Part shown: piece after piece, positions 55,530 to 64,000 of the stretch | Numbering within the stretch: position 1 is the first letter of the stretch | Layout: the number at the start of each line of letters is the position of its first letter | NCBI GenBank assembly: GCA_965243305.1 | Contig: CBDEUN010000003.1 | Location: forward strand, 1,221,845 to 1,285,844 | DNA: 64,000 nucleotides | Source of the DNA: Arenicellales bacterium | Lineage (GTDB): Bacteria > Pseudomonadota > Gammaproteobacteria > Arenicellales > JAJDZL01 | Reading direction: 5' to 3' | Made by a program: the position numbers and the translations under genes | Notes under the pieces: generated by a model | The model's database searches: none | What the model saw: only the letters and a program-made list of their open reading frames with translations | Told to the model about the DNA's origin: nothing

Positions 55530-56561
55530 TCAGTGGCAAATCTTTTCGAGCACTTGAGGATTGTTCAAGACGATCTCAAAGAGTTCACCCAAATTCATGC
55601 TTTCTGATTCCCCCGTATCCCAAGCAAATTCTCCGAAATCGTTCTCTCGAACAAATCGCGACCAATTCATGAGTCGCCCCGAATTTCTTTCCCCGTCGAT
55701 AGCTATGATCAATTCATTCTCGCTTTTCCAACACCATATTTCTCGTCCATCGGCCAATTGAATTGGATCAACTTCAGGAATTCCCTTCTTGAATCTGCTG
55801 AAAGCCCCTAGTCGGACAAATTCTGTTATTTCATCTGCAGATACATCGAGTTCATTTTGAATTTCGATCAAATCACTTTGTGACACCATTCCTTGGGAAA
55901 CACATTCGCCGTTCGCTCTATGTCCATATGGTCCGTTCCTGACTCTTTCCCCAAATATGTTTTGCCCATTTTTTTCAGCACATTCGAATTCGCTGATTGT
56001 TTTCGTTTTTAGATCAATGGTAAGTAGTGCAAGAATTTCTCCCGTTGTACTCAACAGGCTGAAGAGGCTGGATTTGTTAATTTTGACATCATTGATGCGG
56101 TCTTGAGCTTCATCAAATTTCTTTACACAATTGCCCAGACTTTTTCCGATTTGGACTAATCTGTTCACATCACGAATTTCTTCTAGTTTTAATCCACTGC
56201 TTAACGTCAAAATTTCAGGCTTAGGCATCTCAACATCTGATGAGACGTCTAGCTTTGAATTGAGATGAGTTTCGACAAATTTCTTAGTGCTTGCAACAAT
56301 TTGTCGATAGTCTTTTTCTACGTGAGAAAACGACTCAAGCACGCGGTGAGCAGCACTTGCTACATCGGTGTTTTCAGAATTGACGGACTGAATCGCATGT
56401 CGGCAGGCTTTCAGGGTATCGTACAACTCCCTGTGATTGTTGCGATAGCCGTCTTCTAGAGTTTTCTTTACTGTTTTACGAAATTTTTCCGAATTGTAAG
56501 TATCGATATCCTTGGCCAATTTATCGAGCTGGTCAAGTTGAATTTTGTATTCGTGTAGCAT
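55530..56561 (-). CDS. Hypothetical protein (helical/coiled-coil N-terminus; possible PcfJ-like core)
   Basis: 343-aa ATG-initiated ORF in low-GC DNA. LVQIGKSLGNCVKKF ... ALLTIDLKTKTISEFECAEKNGQ is reminiscent of the PcfJ-like EG..l.HCV ... Tlel ... N pattern. This similarity is weak and unverified. Confidence 0.5.
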   Translation of the reverse strand: MLHEYKIQLDQLDKLAKDIDTYNSEKFRKTVKKTLEDGYRNNHRELYDTLKACRHAIQSVNSENTDVASAAHRVLESFSHVEKDYRQIVASTKKFVETHLNSKLDVSSDVEMPKPEILTLSSGLKLEEIRDVNRLVQIGKSLGNCVKKFDEAQDRINDVKINKSSLFSLLSTTGEILALLTIDLKTKTISEFECAEKNGQNIFGERVRNGPYGHRANGECVSQGMVSQSDLIEIQNELDVSADEITEFVRLGAFSRFKKGIPEVDPIQLADGREIWCWKSENELIIAIDGERNSGRLMNWSRFVRENDFGEFAWDTGESESMNLGELFEIVLNNPQVLEKICH

Positions 56562-57206
56562 TTAGTTTTCCAAGCTAATTTGTAGTTAGTTCTATCAATA
56601 GTTCAGTTTGATTCCATTCAATCTGTTTCAGCACTTCCCATACGACTCCTAGCCACTTTGTCCTCTGACAACAGATACAGATCACATCTAAAACGGATTT
56701 CCGAAGAACCAATTGATCATCAATTTTGTCTTCGCAAGGCGTTATTGGTTGATCAGCTTTCCTTGGCTGCTCAGCCAAACAGGAGCGGATTCAAAGAAGG
56801 AATATCAATTTTCCCGAGATCCGGATTTGGCAATATCTGTTCCGATTCAGATCGCACAAAGAAATGTACGACAAGAAGTTCGAAAGTTCAAGACTAAATT
56901 GATGGATTAAGTATTTAATCCGTCATATATTGTCGTATATGATATTTTATAGGAAGCAGTGGCGAATTAGGGCTGGTTAAAGTCTCAGCCCCAATTGAAA
57001 ATCTGTGGTTCAGATTCATCCTGAGTCGGCTACGATTGATGACGGTTCATCCAATCCAACCTCGGATGTGGGTATTGCAAATCTGTTGAAAACGTTACAA
57101 GCAGGTTCCGATTGTTGATTTGTCGAAATTCCCGAAGATACGATTTCAATCTCGGGCTGATTGAATCGACAGCAAATTACTCACTACCTGAACATCTACT
57201 GATAGC

Positions 57207-58430
57207 CTAATTGACAGAAATTACGTTGTAATCGGGGCCGTAGGGAAACCCCGTAATGTTCTCTGCACCTGTTTCTGTGACCACCAGTATGTCATGTTCC
57301 CGATAACCCCCGGCACCAGGCATACCAGCCGGGATAGTCAGCATCGGCTCCATGGAAACGACCATTCCGGCAGTCAGTTCCGTATCAATGTCTTCACGAA
57401 ATTCCAGCCCTGCTTCTCTACCGTAATAGTGTGACAAGATTCCAAATGAGTGCCCGTATCCAAAAGTTCGATACTGGAGAAGACCCAGATTTTCGAAGTA
57501 CGCATTGAGCGTTGCACAGATGTCAGAACATCTCACGCCAGGGCGAATTTTTGAGATTCCAAGTTCATGAGCTCCCACATTGGCATGCCATATTTTCAGT
57601 GACGCCGAATCTACTTGGTCGACGAACATGGTTCGTTCCAACGCAGTGTAGTAACCTGAGATCATTGGGAAGGTATTCATGCTCAGAATATCACCACACT
57701 TCAATTTACGGGTTGTTACAGGATTGTGAGCTCCATCAGTATTGATTCCTGACTGAAACCATACCCACGAATCCCTGATTTCACTGTTGGGGTAGTGTTC
57801 GGCTATAGCCAACTCCATTGCATCCCGACCAGCCATTGCAATGTCTATCTCCCTTGCACCTAGACGTACTGCATCGCGTATAGCTTCACCTCCAATATCG
57901 GCAATATGGGCACCACCCTTGATCAACTTAATCTCCTCCGCAGATTTGACCATTCGAGCGTTGGTTATTTCCGCGCTCATGTCCTTGACTAGAATGGGAC
58001 TCACCAGATCATCCAATTTCTTGCGTCCAACCAGCGTCAGGTGATCGCCTTCAATGCCAATGCAGGCAGTATCACCCAAAGTGTGTTTGACAGCACGCCA
58101 AAAATTGTCCCGCTTCCAATCAGTATAGATCAGATTTTCTCCATAACTGTGCCGCCAGGGCTGTCCTGTGTCGATTGCTGCTGAAATAGTGATGCAGTCG
58201 TGCTCGGTAACCACGCATGCATAAGGCCTGCCGAAACTGCAGTACAAGAAACCAGAATAGTAGGCAACAGTTTGCATGGATGTCAGCAGGACAGCTGACA
58301 CGCCTTCAATCGACATGAGCCGCCGCAACGCGAACAGTCTGGTTTTGTATTCGTTATCGGTAAACGGGAGGGGTGCCTTAGACCCGTTGTGAAACTCGAA
58401 GAATTCGGGCCTGGTAGATTGGATAGTCAT
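57207..58430 (-). CDS. Creatinase (creatine amidinohydrolase)
   Basis: Long near-identical stretches to Pseudomonas putida creatinase as I remember it: YYSGFLYCSFGRPYACVVTE, GQPWRH, WFQSGINTDGAHNPVTTRK, GYYTALERTMFVD, YRTFGYGHSFGILSHYYGREAGLEFREDIDT, GAGGYREHDILVV. ATG 58430 is preceded by GAGGTG. The ORF opens at TTG 58436. Confidence 0.9.
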   Translation of the reverse strand: MTIQSTRPEFFEFHNGSKAPLPFTDNEYKTRLFALRRLMSIEGVSAVLLTSMQTVAYYSGFLYCSFGRPYACVVTEHDCITISAAIDTGQPWRHSYGENLIYTDWKRDNFWRAVKHTLGDTACIGIEGDHLTLVGRKKLDDLVSPILVKDMSAEITNARMVKSAEEIKLIKGGAHIADIGGEAIRDAVRLGAREIDIAMAGRDAMELAIAEHYPNSEIRDSWVWFQSGINTDGAHNPVTTRKLKCGDILSMNTFPMISGYYTALERTMFVDQVDSASLKIWHANVGAHELGISKIRPGVRCSDICATLNAYFENLGLLQYRTFGYGHSFGILSHYYGREAGLEFREDIDTELTAGMVVSMEPMLTIPAGMPGAGGYREHDILVVTETGAENITGFPYGPDYNVISVN

Positions 58431-58826
58431 TGTCAATCACCTCGAAAGTTCCGGGTGATCGCAAATGTGACAACCCGGTATTTCCATCCGGGCGTACAGG
58501 ATGAATCGACAACCGTTTCCAGCGTGCTAGAAACGGACTTAAATGTACTGTAAATCGCGACGCCATCGCTACAGGTATCAGCAATTGTACAAAATTCTTT
58601 CGACCTTCAGCGAACACATGTGATACCCAACTGGCTTTCCGCTCGTGTGACTGGTAGCCAAAGGATACAAATTTGCCATCTTTTGCAGGTAGCTTGATAT
58701 GCGGCAGTATGCACCTGTGAATGTTGCTGAACAAAATTAGCCTATTTTCTTCATTACCTGAAACCAGCTGCATATTGTAGATATAATTCCCAAATTACTA
58801 AGTAAATAAGGAATAAGATTACTAAA

Positions 58827-59975
58827 ATGTATGAGAGAACCTGTAGTATTTCGCTACCTCCCGGTCAGTCAGCTTTCCTATGGGGTCCACGGCAAACCGG
58901 CAAATCTACACTTCTCAAACATCAGTTCCCGAACAGCGTCAGTTTTGATCTGCTCGATGCCAGCACAATGCTGCGATTCCTGTCTGCACCCAATACTCTT
59001 GGTGAAGAACTCCGTGCATCCGGTACCATTGCTAAAAATGAACCGATTGTCATTGATGAAGTTCAGAAAGTCCCATCGCTGCTCGACGAAGTTCACAGGC
59101 TGATTGAGTCGGAAGCCATGAGTTTCATACTGTGCGGGTCTAGTGCACGGAAACTTCGACGCGGCGGCGTAAATCTGCTCGGAGGTAGAGCTTGGAAATT
59201 CAACTTACACCCTCTAACCTGGAGCGAGGTACCAGGGTTTGATTTGTTGACAGCGATGAAGACTGGAATGTTACCGGGACTGTACGCGAAGAAGTTCGCG
59301 AGGCGTTCACTTAATGCATATGTTGAGGATTATTTGACCCAGGAGATTTTCAATGAGGCTTTAGTGAGAAATACCGCAAGTTTTTCCCGTTTCTTCGACT
59401 CATTGGCTTTCTGCCACGCGGAGATGCTAAATTTTTCCTCAATTGCTCGCGACTGTGCTATTGAAGCAAAAACTGCTCGTGCGTATTTTGACATTCTGGT
59501 TGATACGCTAACAGGTTACCTAATCTATCCATATGCAAGAAAAGGCAAGCGTCGAACAATATCGAGTACTCCAAAGTTTTACCTGTTCGATATTGGCATT
59601 GCGAATCACATCTTGGGTAATGTGATCTCAAATAAACATGGTGCCAATTTTGGAAAAAGTTTTGAACACTTCATTTTTCTTGAACTTGTTGCAGCCAACA
59701 GTTATCAGGAATGGGATACAAAAATTGAATATTGGCGAACAAGTAGTGGTCTTGAAGTAGATTTCGTACTGTTTAACGGCTCTGTAGCCATAGAAGTCAA
59801 GAGTCGCTTAAGAACAGGTGACTTACGCGCAATAAAGGCATTCAAGGATGAGTTTCAACCACAAAAAATCATCGTCGTTACATCGGAGCCCTTCAACCGA
59901 ATCGTGGATGGAATCGAAGTTCAGAACTATGAATATTTTCTAGACCAGCTAAACCAGGGTAAATTGCTTTTCTGA
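58827..59975 (+). CDS. AAA-family ATPase with DUF4143 C-terminal domain
   Basis: Walker A GPRQTGKSTLLK and Walker B VIDEVQKVP, with a C-terminal region typical of AAA_14/DUF4143 proteins. 382 aa. Confidence 0.85.
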   Translation: MYERTCSISLPPGQSAFLWGPRQTGKSTLLKHQFPNSVSFDLLDASTMLRFLSAPNTLGEELRASGTIAKNEPIVIDEVQKVPSLLDEVHRLIESEAMSFILCGSSARKLRRGGVNLLGGRAWKFNLHPLTWSEVPGFDLLTAMKTGMLPGLYAKKFARRSLNAYVEDYLTQEIFNEALVRNTASFSRFFDSLAFCHAEMLNFSSIARDCAIEAKTARAYFDILVDTLTGYLIYPYARKGKRRTISSTPKFYLFDIGIANHILGNVISNKHGANFGKSFEHFIFLELVAANSYQEWDTKIEYWRTSSGLEVDFVLFNGSVAIEVKSRLRTGDLRAIKAFKDEFQPQKIIVVTSEPFNRIVDGIEVQNYEYFLDQLNQGKLLF

Positions 59976-60146
59976 TGAATTAGTGCGAATGCGTAAAACT
60001 CAGGCCTCTTGATATACCCACCAAATATGGAGCATCACAATTGAGGTGAATGGTTAACGAGGCTCTGAGCATATACCAGTATTGGAAACTTCTCGGGATG
60101 AGTTACCTCTTGTTTAAATGTATCTCTTAGGATACAATACACGCAA

Positions 60147-60515
60147 ATGGATATTTATAAAACTGAAGAGTACGAAAATTGGTTTCAGAAACTTCGAGAC
60201 AGAGAAGCAAAATCCCGAATCAATGCTCGAATTAGGCGGTTAAGTTTAGGTAACCCGGGAGACAATCGGAATATTGGTAGAGATGTAAGGGAACTACGAT
60301 TTGAATATGGGCCAGGATACCGAGTGTATTTTGTTCACAGCGGGGAAGATTCTGTGGTGCTACTTCACGGAGGCACCAAACAGCGCCAGCAAAGGGACAT
60401 CGAAAAAGCTAAAGATCTAGCACAGAAAATTGTGGGAGAGCACCAACAAAGGAAAATCGAAGAATCCAAAGATCTAGCACAGATTACTGGAGGAGAGCAT
60501 AAACATGAAGAGTGA
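60147..60515 (+). CDS. Addiction-module killer protein (RelE/ParE superfamily, Gp49/COG3657 type) with duplicated C-terminal tail
   Basis: WFQKLRDREAKSRINARIRRLSLGNPGDNRNIGRDVRELRFEYGPGYRVYFVHSGEDSVVLLHGGTKQRQQRDIEKAK is the canonical family pattern. The tail repeats IEKAKDLAQKIVGEH / IEESKDLAQITGGEH. Confidence 0.85.
   Translation: MDIYKTEEYENWFQKLRDREAKSRINARIRRLSLGNPGDNRNIGRDVRELRFEYGPGYRVYFVHSGEDSVVLLHGGTKQRQQRDIEKAKDLAQKIVGEHQQRKIEESKDLAQITGGEHKHEE
60399..60512 (+). repeat. Imperfect 57-bp tandem duplication (2 units) spanning the toxin 3' end and the antitoxin ribosome-binding region
   Basis: Unit 1 (60399-60455) and unit 2 (60456-60512) match at about 40/57 positions by hand alignment. 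This includes an identical 15-mer, AAAGATCTAGCACAG. Unit 2 carries GGAGGAG and the antitoxin ATG. Confidence 0.7.
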
Positions 60516-61035
60516 TTCTAAAATTCAACGAAAGACAATGAATGTGAAGATTAGTCAATGGGACGCTGCGGACTATTTAGAAACTCCAGAGGACATCGCT
60601 CATTATCTGGAAGCTGCGTTTGAAGACGGTGATTCTAGTTTGATTGCAGCAGCGATTGGTGATGTTGCCAGATCTAAAGGAATGACTGTAATCGCCGCCG
60701 AAACGGGATTGGGTAGAGAAAGTTTATACAAAGCGCTGTCGATGGATGGAAACCCCGGATTCGCATATGTACTTAGCGTTTTGAAAGCCTTTGGACTACG
60801 GTTGTGTCCCGCAGTAGCTACTGTTGAAGCAAATCAAAGTCGTAAATTGAGTGGTTCTAGAAATTTGGGTTATAGCGCCAGCGGTACTATGCGAAATTCA
60901 AACGTAAGTAAAACTTTCAAATTCGAGGCGGGCTCCGGACGTTCGCACCACAAGACTACAAGAGGTTCTAGTGGTGACGTAGACTCAAACATCTCTAAAT
61001 CTAAGCGCAAATCCCGCGACAAAAAATCTACATAA
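60505..61035 (+). CDS. Addiction-module antidote protein (HTH, COG3636 type) with ~70-aa Ser/Lys/Arg-rich tail
   Basis: DAADYLETPEDIAHYLEAAFEDGDSSLIAAAIGDVARSKGMTVIAAETGLGRESLYKALSMDGNPGFAYVLSVLKAFGLRL is the canonical family pattern. GGAGGAG lies 9 nt before the ATG. It overlaps the toxin stop by 11 nt. Confidence 0.85.
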   Translation: MKSDSKIQRKTMNVKISQWDAADYLETPEDIAHYLEAAFEDGDSSLIAAAIGDVARSKGMTVIAAETGLGRESLYKALSMDGNPGFAYVLSVLKAFGLRLCPAVATVEANQSRKLSGSRNLGYSASGTMRNSNVSKTFKFEAGSGRSHHKTTRGSSGDVDSNISKSKRKSRDKKST

Positions 61036-61296
61036 TCAGCTTAGGGTTAAACGCTAAGGCAACCATCAATTCGATGACCCCATTCTAGTGAAATTAGTAG
61101 ATGCCATACAGAAGTTTTCTTACAACTAAACATAGATGGAATCCTTATCGCAACAAATTTTGGAGAATACCTCAACAAAGTGTCCCGGGTGCTACTTCGC
61201 CGCAAATAAGCAACAGTCAATACCACTCGTTCACTTCAATTCGCTTTCCGGATTAACACACTATCTGAGCGCAATTGTCTCCATATCAGGACTAGA

Positions 61297-62205
61297 TCAA
61301 TGAACTCCCCTGAGGATTGACTTCATCAGAGATTCAGCATGGCTGCGATAGCTTGATCCAAATATATTCAGGTGATTGAGAATGTGATACAGGTTGTAAA
61401 CCGATTTGCGCAGCTGCCAGCCGTAGGGCAACGGACTAAGTTCCTGATATTTATCAAAAAAGCTGGTGGGAGGTGAACCAAATAGTTGCATCATGGCCAG
61501 ATCGGTTTCAGCATCTCCGTGATACACCGCAGGATCAATGATGAACGGCTCTCCGCTGTTGTCGAAACCGTAGTTTCCACTCCACAAATCTCCATGAAGC
61601 AGGCTTGGTAGAGGGTGGTGATCTTTAAGAACGGTGCTGACCGCATCGGGCATTTTTTCACCGAGTAGTCGAAAATTACCCGAATACCCGTTTCGCCAAG
61701 CCATTTCCAATTGAAATATCAGGCGATAATTGAGAAAGAATTCAGACCAGTCATCACATTGACTGTTTACTTGGTGCGATCGACCGATATAGTTATCGCG
61801 ATGCCAGCCAAACCTGCTGCCATGATGCGAGTGTAGTGCGAAAAGAGAAGACGCAAGTCTCAAATAATCGGATCTTCTTCCAGTCAGTTCAATGTATTCT
61901 GAGACCAGTACTGTCGTGGTGTCGAAGGTTTCAACAATGATCGGTTTCGGTACTCGAATCGTATCTGAGTTCGCTAGTGCAGAAAGTCCGTCGTATTCAG
62001 CTTTCAGGACATCCGGGTTTGAGCCGAGCTTCAAAAAGTATCGGTGTTCACCACAATTAATGCTAGCGGTCGGTCCGCTGGTACTGTGCGACAGCGGGGT
62101 AAATTTCGATATGGTACGACCCAGACTGTCTGAAATGCTGATCAAAAGAGGATCGTCTAAACCAGAAATTTGCACGGCACTATCAGAATTATCTGCGAAG
62201 GTCAT
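61297..62205 (-). CDS. Fructosamine/ketosamine-3-kinase family protein
   Basis: LLHGDLWSGNYGF, IIDPAVYHGDAETDLAMMQLFG, YNLYHILNHLNIFGSSY. I chose ATG 62205 because the longer ORF (to 62262) would overlap the divergent priA start. Confidence 0.8.
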   Translation of the reverse strand: MTFADNSDSAVQISGLDDPLLISISDSLGRTISKFTPLSHSTSGPTASINCGEHRYFLKLGSNPDVLKAEYDGLSALANSDTIRVPKPIIVETFDTTTVLVSEYIELTGRRSDYLRLASSLFALHSHHGSRFGWHRDNYIGRSHQVNSQCDDWSEFFLNYRLIFQLEMAWRNGYSGNFRLLGEKMPDAVSTVLKDHHPLPSLLHGDLWSGNYGFDNSGEPFIIDPAVYHGDAETDLAMMQLFGSPPTSFFDKYQELSPLPYGWQLRKSVYNLYHILNHLNIFGSSYRSHAESLMKSILRGVH

Positions 62206-62251
62206 TCGATTTGGTGAACCGCCAATAGTATAGGAAAGAACAAGTAACCCT

Positions 62252-64000
62252 ATGAGAGGCATCGTTCGAGTTGCAGTCCCAATCCGGCATTGGAGCCTGT
62301 TTGACTACACGTGTGAGCCGATCGCTTCGATAGGCTGTCGCGTGATCGTGCCCTTCGGCCATCGGCGCATGTTGGGAATTGTCGTCGATCACGCTGAAAC
62401 ATCTGAATATCCGGAAGACAAGCTGCGCTGCGTCAGTTCAATCCTGGATGAGGAGCCTGTCCTATCAAGTACGCTGATTCACTCACTGCAGTGGGTTGCC
62501 CAGTACTATCAACAGCCAATTGGAGAAGTACTGTCTACCGCTTTACCAAAAGCCATTCGGGTTGGAAAACCCTTGATACCGAAGTTTGACATTGTTTACC
62601 GATTGACTGATTTCGGGCAACAATTCGATGCCAGTGAACTCAATCGAGCGAAAGTGCAAAAGAAAGCCTTCGAGCTCTTGAAATCCGAAGCACGTGCTTT
62701 GGGTCCTGAAACACTTCGGCATGTAGGGTCGACTTGGAAAAACGCACTCAAGGTTCTGGAAACAAAGGGTTTGGTAACAGCGGAGCCAAGGTACACTAAT
62801 TTTTCAGTTAATGGACAGAATCTGATAGATGATCTGACTGACTCACAGTTGAAAGCTCGTGAGCAGATTCTGCAAGCTTTGGATTCATATCGGTGTTTTC
62901 TGATCCAGGGAGTAACCGGAAGTGGAAAAACCGAAGTGTATCTACATGTGATTGCCAAAGTACTAGAAAGTGGCGGTCAGGCTATGATGCTGGTTCCCGA
63001 AATTGGTTTGTCTCCGCAACTTGAACAGCGTGTTCAGTCAGCGCTTGGCGTACCGGTAGCATCGTTTCATTCTGGACTGACGGACACGCAGCGTCATAAA
63101 ACTTGGTGGATGGCGCTTAGCGGAAAGGCCAAGGTCGTAATTGGCACGCGTTCAGTAGTTTTTCTGCCATTCAAAAAGTTGAAAATCATTGTGATTGACG
63201 AGGAACATGACACTTCGTTCAAACAGCAGGAACGGGTGCACTATCACGCGCGTTCGGTTGCATTGCATCGGGCCTATAGTGAAAAATTCCCGATTGTTTT
63301 TGGAACTGCAACACCATCTCTCGAAACAGTTCACGCAGCTCGCTCGGGTCGGGCTGAAATTCTTATGCTGCCCGAACGGGCAACACGAATCGAAATGCCG
63401 ACGGTTAAACTGATCGATCTCAGTCGGGAACGCGCGTCGGACAGTCTATCCAATAGTCTCCTGTCGCAAATCAAGAAGCGGATTAAATCAGGAGAACAAA
63501 GCCTGATATTCATTAACCGGCGTGGTTTTGCACCAGTGGTTATCTGTCCATCCTGTCGTTGGACAGCAAAATGCTCTGATTGTGATGCACGATTAATCTT
63601 TCATCAGTCGGATCATCAATTGCATTGCCACCTGTGCTTTAAGAAGTTTCCGATGATGAGACAGTGCCCGCAGTGTCTGTCGGAAAATGTTCACTTATTC
63701 GGCACCGGTACACAACGTGTCGAACAGGAGTTGCAACGGGAAATTCCTGGAGCCAGAGTCATCAGAATTGATCGAGATACAACACGATCCTACACCGAGT
63801 TCGAGCGCAGATTAGCGCGTATACAAAAAGGAGAGGTAGACGTTCTCGTGGGGACACAAATGCTGTCTAAGGGACACCACTTTCCGAACGTTACACTGGT
63901 TGGAATATTGAATGTTGATCAGGGATTCTACAGCATGGATTTTCGGGCAATGGAGCATCTGGTGCAGCAGGTGCTCCAGGTTGCTGGTCGCTCTGGCCGC
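62252..64000 (+). CDS. priA: Primosomal protein N' (replication restart helicase PriA), 3' end outside window
   Basis: Hand translation from ATG 62252 gives MRGIVRVAVPIRHWSLFDYTCEPIASIGCRVIVPFGHRRMLGIVV. Further motifs are Walker A GVTGSGKTEVYL, DEEH box VIDEEHDTSFKQQ, and the zinc-finger region CPSCRWTAKCSDCDARLIFH...CHLC...CPQC. It is in frame to the window end. Confidence 0.9.
   Translation, partial: MRGIVRVAVPIRHWSLFDYTCEPIASIGCRVIVPFGHRRMLGIVVDHAETSEYPEDKLRCVSSILDEEPVLSSTLIHSLQWVAQYYQQPIGEVLSTALPKAIRVGKPLIPKFDIVYRLTDFGQQFDASELNRAKVQKKAFELLKSEARALGPETLRHVGSTWKNALKVLETKGLVTAEPRYTNFSVNGQNLIDDLTDSQLKAREQILQALDSYRCFLIQGVTGSGKTEVYLHVIAKVLESGGQAMMLVPEIGLSPQLEQRVQSALGVPVASFHSGLTDTQRHKTWWMALSGKAKVVIGTRSVVFLPFKKLKIIVIDEEHDTSFKQQERVHYHARSVALHRAYSEKFPIVFGTATPSLETVHAARSGRAEILMLPERATRIEMPTVKLIDLSRERASDSLSNSLLSQIKKRIKSGEQSLIFINRRGFAPVVICPSCRWTAKCSDCDARLIFHQSDHQLHCHLCFKKFPMMRQCPQCLSENVHLFGTGTQRVEQELQREIPGARVIRIDRDTTRSYTEFERRLARIQKGEVDVLVGTQMLSKGHHFPNVTLVGILNVDQGFYSMDFRAMEHLVQQVLQVAGRSGR

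Noticed and set aside
56575-56778. 67-aa ORF directly upstream (13 nt) of the first cassette gene, a possible fourth component.
   Set aside because: It has only a TTG start and no internal Met. I see no RBS and no recognisable fold or HTH. I kept it inside the finding's coordinates but did not call it as a gene.
58378-58773. 131-aa minus-strand ORF filling most of the gap upstream of creatinase.
   Set aside because: It overlaps the creatinase start by more than 50 nt in another frame. It has no recognisable motif and no obvious RBS. It could be a decayed gene remnant, but I cannot support a call.
62206-62262. Longer version of the fructosamine-kinase ORF (start at 62262) overlapping the divergent priA start at 62252.
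   Set aside because: Head-to-head overlapping starts are unlikely, and the extra 19 residues (MPLIGLLVLSYTIGGSPNR) are not part of the kinase fold. I used ATG 62205 instead, but the true start is unverified.
1-64000. Search by eye for CRISPR arrays, tRNA/rRNA genes, integrases and long direct repeats flanking the accessory blocks.
   Set aside because: I found no regularly spaced repeats, no tRNA-like cloverleaf signatures (the GGTTCGAA-type matches at 43388 and 27798 lie in IS/coding DNA without acceptor stems), and no integrase or recombinase ORF. A computational scan (tRNAscan-SE, minced, repeat finder) would be needed to exclude them formally.

Overview
This 64-kb chromosomal segment has a background G+C in the mid-40s % (judged by eye and a few hand counts). 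It looks like a marine heterotrophic proteobacterium, which is an inference from gene content. Most genes deal with uptake and catabolism of compatible solutes and small organic N/S compounds.

Core gene content:
- A polar amino-acid ABC importer, a DMFase-large-subunit-like protein and an Ldh_2 oxidoreductase lie at 1-6.7 kb, followed by tag and an MFS transporter.
- The ectoine/hydroxyectoine catabolic genes lie in two same-strand blocks. One is eutC-doeA-doeB at 8.9-12.1 kb. The other is a PotABCD-type ABC importer-eutA-PhyH dioxygenase-eutB at 22.4-29.2 kb, next to a GntR regulator and a dimethylglycine-dehydrogenase-like enzyme.
- Next come malonyl-CoA decarboxylase, a cupin, coaX, an AEC transporter, a Nudix hydrolase and a TPR protein.
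- A ROK regulator heads a locus with two BetC-type sulfatases, a TRAP transporter and a large metallophosphoesterase. The first sulfatase is split by an IS1380-family element with a 5-bp target duplication.
- The window ends with creatinase, fructosamine kinase and the 5' part of priA.

Accessory or unusual content:
- A 1709-aa single ORF fuses a DEDD exonuclease, a RecQ helicase and a UvrD helicase.
- A ~3.3-kb high-GC island carries a small ORF-DUF1636-COG0523 (CobW-like)-WD40 operon behind a Zur-box-like palindrome.
- A DUF2779 dual-nuclease gene sits next to a hipA gene with no hipB.
- A low-GC three-gene cassette at 53.3-56.6 kb encodes a PcfJ-like/coiled-coil protein, a stand-alone McrB-N-terminal-like domain protein and a NucS-type PD-(D/E)xK nuclease. 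I consider it the best candidate for an undescribed defence-like system.
- An AAA/DUF4143 ATPase is followed by a killer/antidote toxin-antitoxin pair with an internal 57-bp tandem duplication.

I saw no rRNA, tRNA or CRISPR array. All family assignments come from motif recognition by eye, not from database searches.
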